A DNA stretch of 63,619 nucleotides, the filler included, from Phoronis australis (lineage: Eukaryota > Animalia > Phoronida): assembly GCA_002633005.1 (NCBI GenBank). It is 5 parts of 5 records of this genome, joined end to end, with 100 filler letters (N's around TTAATTAATTAA, not from the genome) between each part and the next. Parts side by side here need not be neighbours in the genome. Positions count along the whole stretch, not along the records: positions 1 to 18,288 come from NMRA01000557.1; 4 more parts are not named here. One strand, written 5' to 3'. The notes beneath the pieces are model-generated. The model was not told the origin of the DNA. It made no database searches and was given only the letters and a program-made list of their open reading frames with translations. This document shows, piece after piece, positions 1 to 13,220 of the stretch (within the stretch, counting starts at the first letter, position 1; each line of letters opens with the position of its first letter). A program made the position numbers and the translations under genes.

Positions 1-2039
1 TCTTTCAAAAACCATGAATTGGGTCATTTTTTCTGGAAATTCCTTCTCAGGGGGAAGTGAATAACTTTTTAGTAAATGTTGACGGAAGGTACTTTGGTTA
101 GGGATCGTTTAAAACGTATTTTTCACGAGTTTTCGCGGTCCATGCCACTTTAAAGGGAATGAACTAACGAAACGAATTTCATGGTAAATGAATTAAAATT
201 TGATGGTGTACAACGAATTAAGATGCACTCATGTATAATGTCTGCACTTTTGTTTGTTATAGAACTTATTTACGAATGAGTAGAACGTAAAAATAGCAAA
301 GTACCATTTGAATGACTAGTCGTGATTCAATAGCCTAAAGGATGGTAAAATATTGTTCTTGTAACGTTTTTCACATTCCCATCAATAGGACAAAATCATC
401 ATGTGGTGAATCGAAGCTGTGGTTGTGAAATTTAGCATATTTTTGAGAAAGTGAATTTTCTGTTTGAGCTAAGATACCTGTAGCTTGAAAACCAATTCGG
501 GGACCTTACATTTTTGCTCATGTCGTTGCCCATACACAGTACATTAAATTTTTGTATACATGTAGAAGCGAAAATGCTCAATTTTGAGGTACCCAAAATC
601 ATGGAAAAATGTGCACTAACACTGATGTAAGAAAACCATTTAACCGGGAAATATTATTGAAGCTGTTGCAATATAAAATTGACATCCTGCTATGAAACGA
701 TACCATTTTCAAGAGGATTGCAAGTACTAATTTGATTAGAGATGAATTCTCACATTTTTCCCAAGGTACCCCTGTTCGCTCACATGGGGGAAAACTAATG
801 AGTGGCCCCCACTTTTTATTACAAATTTGTAGTACAAAATTTAAAATTAGCGCGTATGTGAACAACAACATGTTGATCAGTCTTTCAGTTTTTTCACTAT
901 AAACCATTCTCAAAACAAAAATTCACATTATTCAATCAGGTGACAAAGATGGAGAATGGACTCAACAGGTACACCTCAAAATGCATTGTGAGTGGAAAGA
1001 CCAGAAATCATAACAGTTGGAGCTCAAATGAGACAATGTTTCTATTGAGATAGTGCTCAGCATTATTCAACAGCATATACATTTACATAGCTCCTTTGAG
1101 AGGAGACTGAGGGTGGCATTATCCTTGTCTAACATCTGAACACTAGAGAAATCTATAGTGCCACTAGTTGGCAATGAATGGATAAGAACAGCACTGTTTG
1201 TGTTTTTACAGTGAGTCTTTGTTTACATCTGCACTAAATTTAAAGTTCATACTCGTATTTTGTCCAAAAACAAATGCAATTAGATTTGTAGCAGACTAAA
1301 ACCAAAATACAAATTATAAAAACTTACAAAAAAATCTATAAAAAATCAAAAATGCCGAGCCCCGTTATGTAAGTTACCTTACATAAAACATTTGGTTTAG
1401 ATTGACCACCTTTCTGGATTGTGGAAAAATACGACAGTTCCCACTGACACCTTTTTGTTTGTGCTCCCATGATTTTCCAGCTTTTGAGGAAATGCAAAAT
1501 TTCTAAAATTTGTATAAAGTTGTCAAAGCAGGCCAAGTTGGAAGCTATCATGAAAGAATGTTATTTTTATTTTTCTGCGAAAAATAAACCAAGTAATAAA
1601 AAATGCTCGACCGCATGACCCCCTCGTCCCACGCCGTGAGGCAATAGAGGTGTTTTTGCGATTTTTACATCTTGCATATTCTAGTAAGTCACCCACTCTC
1701 CCATGAGATATACTTAAACGCCACGTTTCCGAAAACACGGAAATGTGAGTCCAAGTGTACACTGTACTTGATACTGTGTGCGCACTCAAATTACACAGTG
1801 TACCAATTACACTCATCTGATTTTTGAATTTTAAATTGTGTTCACATAACCATAACAACTGTTCAAAGGTTGTACATGAACAATATTTAAGCATACGCTG
1901 ATTGTGCAAGTTTAATTATGATTATTAGGGATGCTCAAAATAAGTTTTCGCAATTTTTATAATAAATATACTCAACAAATGGTTGATTTCAGAGGGGTTT
2001 GCGGATGTGTAATGTTCTAACATCAAAAATGCCATGTAA

Positions 2040-3470
2040 TTAAAAAATTGTGAGATCCACAAAACCATTGTTAGCGTAACCCTTCTGCATACGGAACCAT
2101 TCCGCAAAAGTTACATTGATCAACTAATTATTGTTATACTTTCAAGTGGTATTAAGAATGGAATGCATTTTAACCTGATTGGGCTAAACAAATACCCCAC
2201 AAAACCATGCTGTTTGGGAAATCGATCCCCATGCGGAACGGCTCCGCACGCAGAACGGTGCCGCATGCCGAATGGTTCCGTAACTGTCCCGTTTATTAAT
2301 TATTGTTAGGGTAGAAATGCTGATACATTTATGTTTGTTGCACATTAAGATTTGAATATTCCGTGTTGACGTTCTACCAAAAGCAGTGAAATGCCATAGA
2401 CAGGATGTCAATTTTTCCCGAGTCTGCTAAGAACTAGGTTTCTGCATCACAAATCATTCAGCAAGTTCCCCACTAATCAATCATTGTTCATGTTGACACA
2501 ATGATGTGTTATAGAGAATAGAATGTATTTCAACTTTAATGCACAAGAAGAAAATTAAACAAATTGTGAGCTCCACAAACCATTGTTTGCGGAACCGTTC
2601 TGCATGCGGAACACCATTCTGCAACAATCACATTGATCAACTAATTATTGTTAGGATTGACACATTGATACTTTTAATTGGTATTGAGAATAGACTGCAA
2701 TTTAAATTTATTTAAAACAACTAATACAACACAAAACCATTATTTTTTGGGAAATCGTTCCCAAAGAGGAACAGTTCCACACGCAGAATGGTTCCGCACG
2801 TGGAAAAATGGCTTAGACAAGATATCAATTTTTCCTTGAGTCTGCTTGAGGTACATGTAGGTTTCTGCATCAAAAACCATTCATCAAGTTCCCCACTGAT
2901 TAATTATTGCTCATGATGACACACTGATATTTTCACGTGTTATTCAGAATAAAATATATTCTATGTGCAAGAAGAAGCTTAAAAATTGTGAGCTCCACAA
3001 AACTATTGTTTGCGGAACGGTTCCGCATGCAGAACGGTCAGCAATTGTCACTTTTATTAATGAATTATTGTTCGGGTAGGAATTCTGATACTTTTATGTT
3101 TAATGCTTGTTGCACGTTAAGATTCGAATATTTCGTGGCTTGTGTTAAGGTTCAACCAAAAGCAGTAAAATGGCATAGACAAGATGTCAATTTTTCCCGA
3201 GTCTGCTTGAGGTAGGTTTCTACATCACAAACCATTCAGAAAGTTCCCCAGTGATTAATCATTATTCATGTTGACAGATTGATATTTTCATATGCTATTG
3301 GGAATAGAGTATATTTCAACTGAAATGTGCAATAAATTTTTTTCAAAAACGGTGAGGTCCACTAAACTTGTTTGCGGAACGGTTCCGCTTTCGGAACGGT
3401 TCCGAAACTGTCACATTGATCAACTAATAACTGTTAGGATTGTCACATCGCCAATCTGCGGAATATTCCG
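2040..3470. repeat. Degenerate tandem array of ~4 units (~370-520 bp), probably the interior of a non-autonomous transposon
   Basis: The block AAATTGTGAG(C/A)TCCACAAA..TTGTTTGCGGAAC(C/G)GTTCCGC recurs near 2045, 2561, 2984 and 3349. The block GATGTCAATTTTTCCCGAGTCTGC recurs near 2404, 2821 and 3183. Confidence 0.75.
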
Positions 3471-6400
3471 CATGTCAAAAATTGACCTTCTAATTAAGAA
3501 ATTGCTAATTGAGGAAATAAAAATGTAACGTTGTAAACATGTTTAGGGTAAGGTATAGATTTGTTTCATACCATTTGTATGGTCCTAAGTGGATATAAAA
3601 AAGTGCGTAACCGTTCCGCACACTTTGAGACTAAATGAGATAGTCTCATTTGAGAAAAAATCGCCTGAGGAGCGGAAATCACATTGCAACGATAGCTATA
3701 ACGTGCAATTTTTATTTGATGCAACTGTTCAGGATAAAATCTCGAAAACCAGTTACTGTTTTCTTTTTCGTTTTATGCATCTTTTTTAATAAAACACTGA
3801 GAGTCCTATTTTTTCATAACATTTATGTAAAAGTGCAACCAATTTACAACATGAAGCACAGTGTGTGAGAGTTTATATTCGGATCTGCCATATCTGAGAT
3901 ATGATACGACATTAGCCCAATTGGGCATTTTTCCCAGGCTACTGAGCTTTTCAGGGGAGCTGAAATTCAGGGCAACTAAAGTCTTTGCACAATTACCCAT
4001 CGTGACTTGAAAAAAGACCTTGCAGCTCCCATCAGGTAGCAATTTAAAGAGTTCTTGGTTATATTTTCACTCTAGGCGGTCCTTAGGCAATTTGTAGCCA
4101 TTATTAACTTGGACAAGTTTAAAAGCCCTCATAAATAGTTGACATGACAAGACTTGACAGGTAAATGATATGTGCATCATTACCCGTAGGCCACAACAAG
4201 CTTATAACTGAGCACGATTTCTGCGAGCATTTTTGGGGAGCAATTTTTATGTTTTCTGGTGTCACAAAAATTGTGTTTTACAAAAATGAACATTAATTTA
4301 ATTCTTCATGCACGGCATTTCACTTAAATTTACAGTTAATTTTGCAAATTGGAGTCGAAATTTGGATGATTCCGCGAACAATATCCCCAAAGGTTGCTTC
4401 AAGTCGTAAAAGCATGAGGGTTTTCATTTTTTTCAACTTAAAATGCAAATTGAAGGCGAATTTCCGAATTTATGGGGCACGCTCGGCGGTGAATTTTGGA
4501 ACTGCCATTCCAAACAGTAATACCGTTATTGAAGTTGCAGACAGACACGTATTACAAAACTGACAGTGTTGCCAATAAACTAAGTTAACACCACATTTAC
4601 AAAATTTATCTTTCAAAGATGGAATTTGGAATCGCTCGATTATGTAAGAAAAGCAACAAACTTACACATCAGAGTCGTTTTTATGTCAAATTGTTCACTG
4701 GAACATCTTTTGTGCTTAGATCGTTTCAACACGTTGCATTACATCAATCCTAATTATATTTTAACTGCTGGCATTTTAATGTAACTAAATTAATGAGAAA
4801 GGCCTTAAAAGGCCTAGAGATAAATCAGGCTGACGTTTTTAGCAAATTAGAAAGGGACTGGTTTTGACCATCCAAAACCACCCGCAATTTTTGTTTAAGA
4901 ATGTTTTACTGGGAAATGAATTTTCTAAGTAAAAATTTGATTACAGTGCCAAGGAACACGTCTCTGAATCTCCAGTGTCTTGCTTTTTTAAAAGACGGGA
5001 ATCCTAAGCCCGATGTCCTCTCGGCTTAGCGACCCTGGCCGGAAACCGACGTTCTCCAAACCTGTAGTCCCCTTACCTTTTACTCAATTTTTAAGTGTGG
5101 TCTTGCCTCGTATCAAGTGCATCGGCCCATGTGGGGGCGGGTCGGTTGAATTGAAATAAGTGATAACCTTGGAGGGATTTCAATGAACAGGGATGGGGAA
5201 TCCGTAAACTAGAAATGAATTATGGCGTGGGGGAGACCTTTTAGAAAATGAACGGTGGGCATGCATGACTCGTTGCACCCATAGTGGTTGCACTGGTATC
5301 GTTAGTCACAAATTAGACAATTTCGTCTTGTTTCGCCTCTGAAACAGGCGGTTTTTAATATAGATATGGCAATGGGTTAATAACTGGCCTGCATGAGACT
5401 GTGAAGTTTGTTTCCAAATCTGGAATCAGAGGCACTGTTGAATACTCGCTTACTATACATCGATTGGTTTTTCAGGAGCAGTGCTGTAGTGGTAAAATTA
5501 GAGGTAAGTAGGTGCTCAATGCCCACTGTATCACCTTTATCACTGAATTTCAAAAATGTACTGAATTCGCCCTACAACGTAACTTACGGCACGTGGGCGC
5601 TAAGTTTAAATGCTAGAAGGTGGTTGGTTGCACCTACGCCCCACTACAGCACTGTTCAGGAGTAAGTGATTTTCTTTAAGAAATACAAACACAATCAAAA
5701 TTATGATCAGAATTTTCATTTTTATTGGGAACATAAAAGTGTTTTCACGAGGTTTATAGAGGACTTAAAAAATAAACTGATTCTCAGCTGTAAAACTTGG
5801 AATGACACCCAATTTATAATTGAACCAGTTAGCACCGAACCGGAGTGGCATCGGGAAACTAGTAGAACATACTGGTGTCAAGAAATTTTGAGCTGATAGA
5901 ACGTCGGGACGGGAGAACAGTGAGGACGCGAGAACACAGGACACAGAAAATAACGGTAGCCGACATGTACCTTGATAAGGCGGACTGTTATAGCTTTGCG
6001 CTCATTTCTTTTTTGGGTGTACACAGTATCATTTTGACGTTGGCGACTTTACAAAACTAAGGCCATTATATACACAAAGTTTATAAACTGAACAACATCG
6101 ACATTCGACAAAAATGCGGCGCACAATACCACTGCTAAATAACTTTATTTTTAACTAGTCAGTCCGTTTCAAAACTGGTTAAATCTCAACAAAATCTTGG
6201 CAGTTATTGCTCCATCTATATTGCGGACATAAGCTGTCTGTCAAAATTTGCCTTACATTCCAAAACGAGGCCAATAAAAATTGCGCGTTTTCTTACCTCA
6301 AGGACAAAAGAGAGTTGTATGGCTGTGCAACCCCAGATGATCTTATTGAATTTATATGTAAGTTTGTAATGCTAGGCCTTAAAACACTGTGCGACGTGCC

Positions 6401-6720
6401 ACTTTAAAGTGGAATAACCATTTTTGGAGTCATTTTTTATTAAACTGATATTTTCTGGTTATGCTATATATATTTTCAAATCAATTGAACTCCCACCGAA
6501 TTCTAATTAATTATGCATGCGTCACTCCGGAAGTGGCCCGAATGATTCCCACCATGGTTCATTCTGGACTGACTACTGGTTTATAAGTTTTTTATTCTCG
6601 GACAATCCTAGTTTGGGATTTAGTCAGAACTGAGGAGAGTGAGAAGAGTGGTGACATTTTGTTCACAAACAAGTATGAATTGTGAAGCAAATGATAGTGG
6701 GAAAAGTAGTGCAAGAGCAG

Positions 6721-6871
6721 GGTCCAGTTCAGTAAACGCTAGGACCTACGCCAGGACCTCGGTAAAATCTAGCCAAAATCACGTGTTTTCGTTTAAAGTA
6801 CACTTCAATATCTAACGTAATCTGGCGAAGTCCTGATATTTAGCGAGGTCCTAGCGTTACTGAACTCTGCC
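6721..6871. mobile_element. PIF/Harbinger-like MITE, family 1 copy a
   Basis: Imperfect TIRs GGTCCAGTTCAGTAA..GCTAGGACCT and AGGTCCTAGCGTTACTGAACTCTGCC. CAG flanks both sides (6718-6720, 6872-6874). A second copy lies at 17090-17228. Confidence 0.7.
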
Positions 6872-9800
6872 CAGATCTCAATTCTGGATTACCGATGTGG
6901 TCCAAACAAATTGTTAAAGCGTAAAATGATGTTTATTACACGCGCACACACAGCCTAAAAATGGGGACGTTTTACTAAAAAAAACAAAAAACGTGGTATG
7001 AATTGTGTATTCGCTGAATTTTGATAGTTCCTGCCCTGTTAGTGGACTTTCGTCTCGTTTTATAAGTTTTCACAGTTTTTGTTTCTCTAAGGCGGACCAA
7101 TTGGGGGTAGGCTTGTTCGAGCACCCCAAACCCTCTCCGGGTGTGCGCATGCATTACTTCTCAAGGTTGGTAGTCTCTCGCTACCTGCTATCAAATTACG
7201 TTTAATACGACACAACGTCTAGACTCCGTAAATTAAGTATGTATTGTGAATACATGTATGACGTCGTTGGCTAAAGCGCTTGGTAATTACTATTGAATTG
7301 GCCTAAAACCTGAACAGCACAGGATCCATCGTAATTTTCCTTTCTTCTCTAGGCCTAAGCTCCCATGCTATGTCTACAATAATGCTGAGCGTGAACCGCT
7401 CTTTTGCAGTCTCCAATCCGAAAGTCAGATCTAGTCTCATTTAAACAATCTTTGTAGTAATCATGAAAAAATGATTTTTAGTAATTATTTAGTTCCCACA
7501 ACCTATTGTATAGCTGTAATATTTATTACTTCAAAATCTGTGTGATCTCATTTTTAAAATGCCATAGGAAGCGATTGGTTTAAAGTGTACTCTATGCCGA
7601 ACTTTTTTCGTCTTTTCTGTTATTCATTAATTCTGTACGATTTACAATTTTCGTTGTTTTCTTCGTGGATTGCTCAAAATTATAGTTTAAACAAGCCATT
7701 TATTGCTATGCGTACATAAACTTAATACTGAGCGTAGTGATACGTTTTCTTGGCTACTTCTTTGTAGTATTATTGCACAGTCTCATACTTGTGATGCAAT
7801 AAAAATCTGGGTTACTTTTTGTCGACTTTAATGTGTCTGGGTAAAACGTACACTGATAGTGTTGATGCAGTTTCGTCGTGTTGTTCCCGTACCAACCGCA
7901 TCTGCAGTAGTAGTCAAATCAAACAACCCCAAATTTATTACATTGGGCACACGCTGATATAAAGCACCAAAAATTAGCGCTTCGATTGTTAAAATTGTTG
8001 CAAAAAACAGTAAAGTCAAACGTGGAGTTAGTGGTTCTTTCTGATACACGCAAATGTATAAGTCAGTTCACCATTTATGCTATAGTATGTTTTTCAGACT
8101 TTATTCTCTAAGTATAAATGTGTTTTAATAACATAGAGACAAAATTGACGTAATCATGTGAACACTGCTCGCAATTAAGTAGGAGATACTCTTTAGGTTT
8201 CATTGTCGTCAAAATTTGATCAAAAAGAATGTTCAAAATTTTAAAAGCGCAAACGAATAGTCAAAAGATGCCATTTTGAACAGAAAATCATTGTTTGCAT
8301 GTAAGCTATTGGCACGGCTGTTACTTCAGGTGGTAGAGTTAATGTTATTGAATTAAGATAAATAAAAAGTCGGCTAACGAATGAAATGGCATTGACTTCG
8401 GTTGTGCGAAACACGGGTTGCATATCGTGAGTAGCGTGCTGAAGAGGGGGGCGTGAGGCGTCGGGGCAATGGCCCCGTTCCTTCTCATAGGTAGAGGGCA
8501 TCCAGTCACTATGAAATTGTGACTGATTCGTAGTTAAATTGAAAATAAGCTTCTATGTTTCACCATTTTACGTTTTTATAATACTAGGGTACACGCTTTT
8601 GAGTAGAGACAGGGCGCCCAATAAATAATCGCCCCGGGCATCACAGAACCTCTGCACGCTACTGCGTACTGTAGTCGAAAGAATTTTGCGAGCAAAGCTA
8701 GTGTGAATACAAGTTTCATTTATAATGCATGTTGGCGATATCTCGTGAAAACTTGCGTGATCTCAAGTTATGACATGAACGTTTTGCTAGGAACGTAGGC
8801 CTGAAACACCACCATACACAACAATGTTGTAATATCACATGTTCGACTTATTTATCAAAGTATTCATTGGATTTGAGGTTTGAATAACAATTATGACACA
8901 GACCAATTAAATGATATAACATATTGCACTGCTTATTACGGTGTATGCCATTGTTTTTGCGCAGAGTTCTCGTTACCAAATATTACAGTTTTGAAAGTTG
9001 TGATTTGAACAAATTTAGCGGCATTCTCACACTCGTGTTTTCATGTACTATTACGGTCCAGACCTACAGAAGGCAACGAACCTACATGCACCGCTGGAGT
9101 TACAAGTTCACTGTGAATTATTGATACATTCAGATAGGCAGCAGTGTAAAAAGACAACGGACTATCTCAATAAAACTGACACGTACTACTTAAAGCGAGT
9201 ACTTGTAGGTTCATCAAGAGGATAGCCTGGCCACCCTGGGGAGTTAATGTGCTTATAATACGTCTTCTTTAACTGACCCACTGGATTAATGAAAGGCTTG
9301 TCATTTTCATGACCACACCGGTTTTATCGATTGTGCTTTAGTTGCAGCAATGAGCTATACCTGGTATAGCTCATTGGTTGCAGGTTTCCTGTTTACGTAC
9401 ATGCCCATTAAGGCATTCCCCAGGGTGGTAGGGAGGTGCGTGGTGCAAAGCTGATTGAAGCGAACCAAACCAGGAATAGTTGACGTCGATGCACATGTAA
9501 ACTACTACCCTCTTCACATGAAAAAATCCCATCATTCACGCGACGTTAGTGTGTTTTTATTATGCATTGGTCGATCACTAAAAATGTAAAAAAAAGAAAA
9601 TATATCTAATTTTTGTCAGGTGGATGCGGGTAGGTGGGTAGTGGTAGTGTTCAATGTAGTTTCTTGGGCTGTAACTTTTTTACCCTCACTTTAATGCTAC
9701 CTTCATATACGTGGATTTTTTACGATGGGACACGTACCGACAAACCGTAACCCATCGCAAGAATTCGTACATAACTGGTCACTACAAAACGAAACAACTA

Positions 9801-10236
9801 GCAGACACTCGTGAAGATCTGCGAAAGGAGATTTATGTCAAAAATGCTTTACCGATGATCCACGGATTCATTTATCTGTAATTAAGACGAAAAGAATTGC
9901 CAATCTCTCACAACAGCACGTATTAACCATTCGAAAACTGCTCGTAAGAATCCGTAAATGACTCGTCAACAATATACATATTTGTTACAAATAATTCATG
10001 ATGTGTTTACAAACAGTTGACAATCTTTCATTTTCCGCGAAAAGAATTTTCGAAAAATCAATTGTCATTACAGAGGCATTTGAAAAAGTACTATAATATG
10101 ATGAATTAAATTCGCCTTGCTAAGGCAGACCTCAAATACCGTCGTGAACCCTTACCCCTGGGTACGGGCATACATGCACGAGTCGCCACATTGATATACA
10201 GGTATTAATACTTCACCACTGCATGTTATGCAAGGC

Positions 10237-10647
10237 CTCTCCCCCTTTCTCTCTCCCTCCTTCCTGCTCTCCCTCCCTCGCTCACTAGCTCTATCCCTCC
10301 CGCCCTCTCTCTTCCCCAGCCTCCCTCCCTCCCCTCTCCCGCCTCCGTAGCAGAAAGTTCAGTGAAAGACAGAGGACAATACACTTCGAGAAATAGGCTG
10401 CTGATTGCCGTAATTTAAAGCTGCGCTCACGTAACTGGACAGAGTAATATAATACATGTAGGTTCCTTCTAATGGAAGGGCTCAAGGCTGTAACCCGAAT
10501 TCTCTAACAAGCCGCACAGGTTTCGGGACGGCAGACCGAACGCACCGAAAAGAGCAGGTACATGTCCACCCAGACCGGCCCTAGGACGTGACGTAATCGC
10601 GCTCAACGACATCTCGAAAAGGAAATTTGTCGCACCTCTGGGTAAGT
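10237..10647 (+). promoter_or_regulatory. Possible promoter and non-coding first exon of a plus-strand gene
   Basis: CT-rich tract at 10237-10345, locally higher GC/CpG, a CRE-like ACGTGACGTAA near 10586, and a strong donor TGG|GTAAGT at 10641/10642. No downstream coding exon was identified. Confidence 0.3.
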
Positions 10648-11380
10648 GTTAATATAGAGTAATCTAGGATTTCAAACTAATACGTGTTGTCGTTTCATAA
10701 AGCAAAAATTTTAAGAAATTTTCAGAAAAACCAGTCTGCAGGATAGACAGACTAGTTTTCTTTCACCAGGCTTGGTAAGGATTTGGTAATCATATACCGA
10801 AACGTGTCCAAAATGTTCAGTTACAGCAGCGTTTGACGCGAGCTCATCCAAAGCATTATCGACGAGTCAGCGCATTTAGTCCAATGTTTCCAAAACTATG
10901 GAATTGATCTCAGCGAAAAGATAATATGTTTTCGGAAAATAAATTTGGCTGCAAACTACAACCACCTGAGTCACGTGACCGCGCCTTTTTATCAGAATTT
11001 AGCAACACAGTATATATATTGATAGCGAATCAACATCAACAAAATGACAAAAAAAAATTCCAAGATAAAAATCGCTGTTACAGTTTACTAAATTATCACT
11101 TCTTTTCGCTTTCTACAACTTTTCAGTTTTTCCTTAAAACCATAAAATCCTTACTCCTTTTGCAAATGTACATGTAGAACACTTTAATGTATTTGTAAAC
11201 CTTGTTTACCATGTTGTAGTTTTCATGTATGCGCAAATATCTTCTATTCTGTTTGCTATAATCCCTACAAAGTATGTATTTCTTGAAAGGTGAATAAAAT
11301 TCCTAACAAAATTTGTTGTTCTTGTTTATTTGTTCACGAAATATGCGTTTTTTAGTATTTTTTGACTTTTAATTGAGATC

Positions 11381-11626
11381 TTGTTCCTCCAATCTTATTG
11401 GTCTTTTGTCAGCATGTTGATAACGGCATTTTCGAGGGAACGGTGTCTCAATTTTTTGTAAATTTATAGGTTTTAGTTTTTAATTATCGACTTTTTACAG
11501 CATTTTGAACAAAAACGGCCGTACATGAACATTTTGTTCCCAAAACTATTTCAAAAATCTGAGACATTTCCCTCGCAAATGCCAGTACAACATGTTGACA
11601 AAAGGCCAGTATGATTGGAGGAACAA
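11381..11626. repeat. Imperfect inverted repeat (~75-bp arms, ~95-bp spacer)
   Basis: TTGTTCCTCCAATCTTATTGGTCTTTTGTCAGCATGTTG... (from 11381) pairs with ...CAACATGTTGACAAAAGGCCAGTATGATTGGAGGAACAA (to 11626). Confidence 0.8.
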
Positions 11627-12829
11627 TATTTTTAAAAAATGAAAAGCATGAAACTCCTACATCTAAAACCCCCATGCAAACGTGGAGTTTTTTAAAAACA
11701 ATTCCTAACGGTGTATTGGAAAACAATCAACCATTTCTGAGATATATTCTGAAGTTAGCCAAATTTGGACATTTTGGTGAGCATAAAACTTAATCTTCTT
11801 GACTGTTTGCGAATCGGCAGGCAACTCCACGCTGTCGTTCACCAGAACAACGCGTACAAGTACATGTATAACTGTGTCCCTCGCGTAATACTAAGTCGGT
11901 GATCGATATGAGACGTAATTTCACGCCGGACAATGCAAAAGCAGTTTAAAGAAACTTAACGGTAGTTCAATCCGTGAAGCTCTTGTTAGATCAGTGGTTG
12001 CGAGAAAAGCGCTTTGTTTTCCATTGGCAGAGTTTCCGTTCAGAACAAGAAAGGCGTACCTTATTATCTTGTGTATATGACAAAACCAGAATCCAAAGTA
12101 CAGGGTTATTATTCGGCTATCATTAGTTCATCTGGGCGGCAAATTTTATATTAACTTACTGATTTGTGGAACGCCCCGGAACTCCACCCTCCCCTTGATC
12201 GGAGTCCAGGGATGTGATGTAACCGCGCTTATAAGGTGTCCAAAAACGAATTTGACAAAAGAGTGGGGCACGGTTTTGCTTTATTTTCCTCCATGTTATT
12301 CGAACGCACAGATAGAATCGAAACAATGTCCAGATTCGCCGGATTTTATCCGTGGAGGTGATTAAACTGGTGAAAGATTGAAGGTTAGCATTATCAGAAT
12401 ATGAATTCACGTTTCCTTGTCAGGAAAAACAACCCCAGTCGGAAAATATTACTACCAGTGGGCAAATGTAATGTTGCGTATCAATGGGGCTATTCGACGC
12501 GGTATCGCTGCTGTACTAGTGGTGATTGAATTGCGCGTGCGTCGCTGTCTGCATGTAAATAGCTGGTAAAAAGAGAAATTGTTATCAAAATACGTCCTCC
12601 CGCAAAGCCTTATTATTGGTATTTTCCTGGGTGAAAACCTTCGACAGATGGTTACAAATTCCCAAAAGACATAAGGTTACTGCAGGTGTGGAGAATTGCG
12701 GTCAAAAGGGTGCACCATAGACTCTATTTACGCGGCGGACATTAAAATCCAAAGCGAGGCTCACTGCGATAAACAAAGCGAAAGTAGACATTGCGTGAGT
12801 TAAATAGCCGGTCTTTCGAGTCCAACCTG

Positions 12830-13220
12830 GGCCCGGTCTCTAATCTTTGTACTCGAAACGAACTCGAAACTATTTTTGGCAATTTCTCTGCTCTTTTTGT
12901 GCGAACTTAAGATAATTGATTATCAGCCTGTGCTCGAATACATTATAGTTTATGTATAGGAGTTACTAGTTCAAGTTTCCCCTTGAAGACCCTTATATTC
13001 GTGCTACAAACTCGAGTAAAAACTCGAAATTTCGAGTTCAAACTCGAACTTATTGCTTTAATATTGGGTTTACAAACTGTGAACTAAGGATAATAAATTA
13101 TAATTGTGTACTTGAGCATCGAATAATAGACACTTATCTTGAGTTCGCCCAAAAGTAGAGTAGAAAATGCCAAACCCTACTTTGGAGTTCCATTTCGAGT
13201 AAAAGGAATGGAGACCGGCC
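12830..13220. mobile_element. Palindromic Harbinger-like MITE
   Basis: Termini GGCCCGGTCTC and GAGACCGGCC with CTG/CAG flanks. The arms stay imperfectly complementary for ~90 bp or more, and ACTCGAA/TTCGAGT motifs recur inside. Confidence 0.65.

Noticed and set aside
940-1139. Possible small terminal exons 940-968 and 1091-1139 (VTKMENGLNS-SFERRLRVALSLSNI*)
   Set aside because: The splice sites are plausible, but the peptide is short, unrecognised and unsupported.
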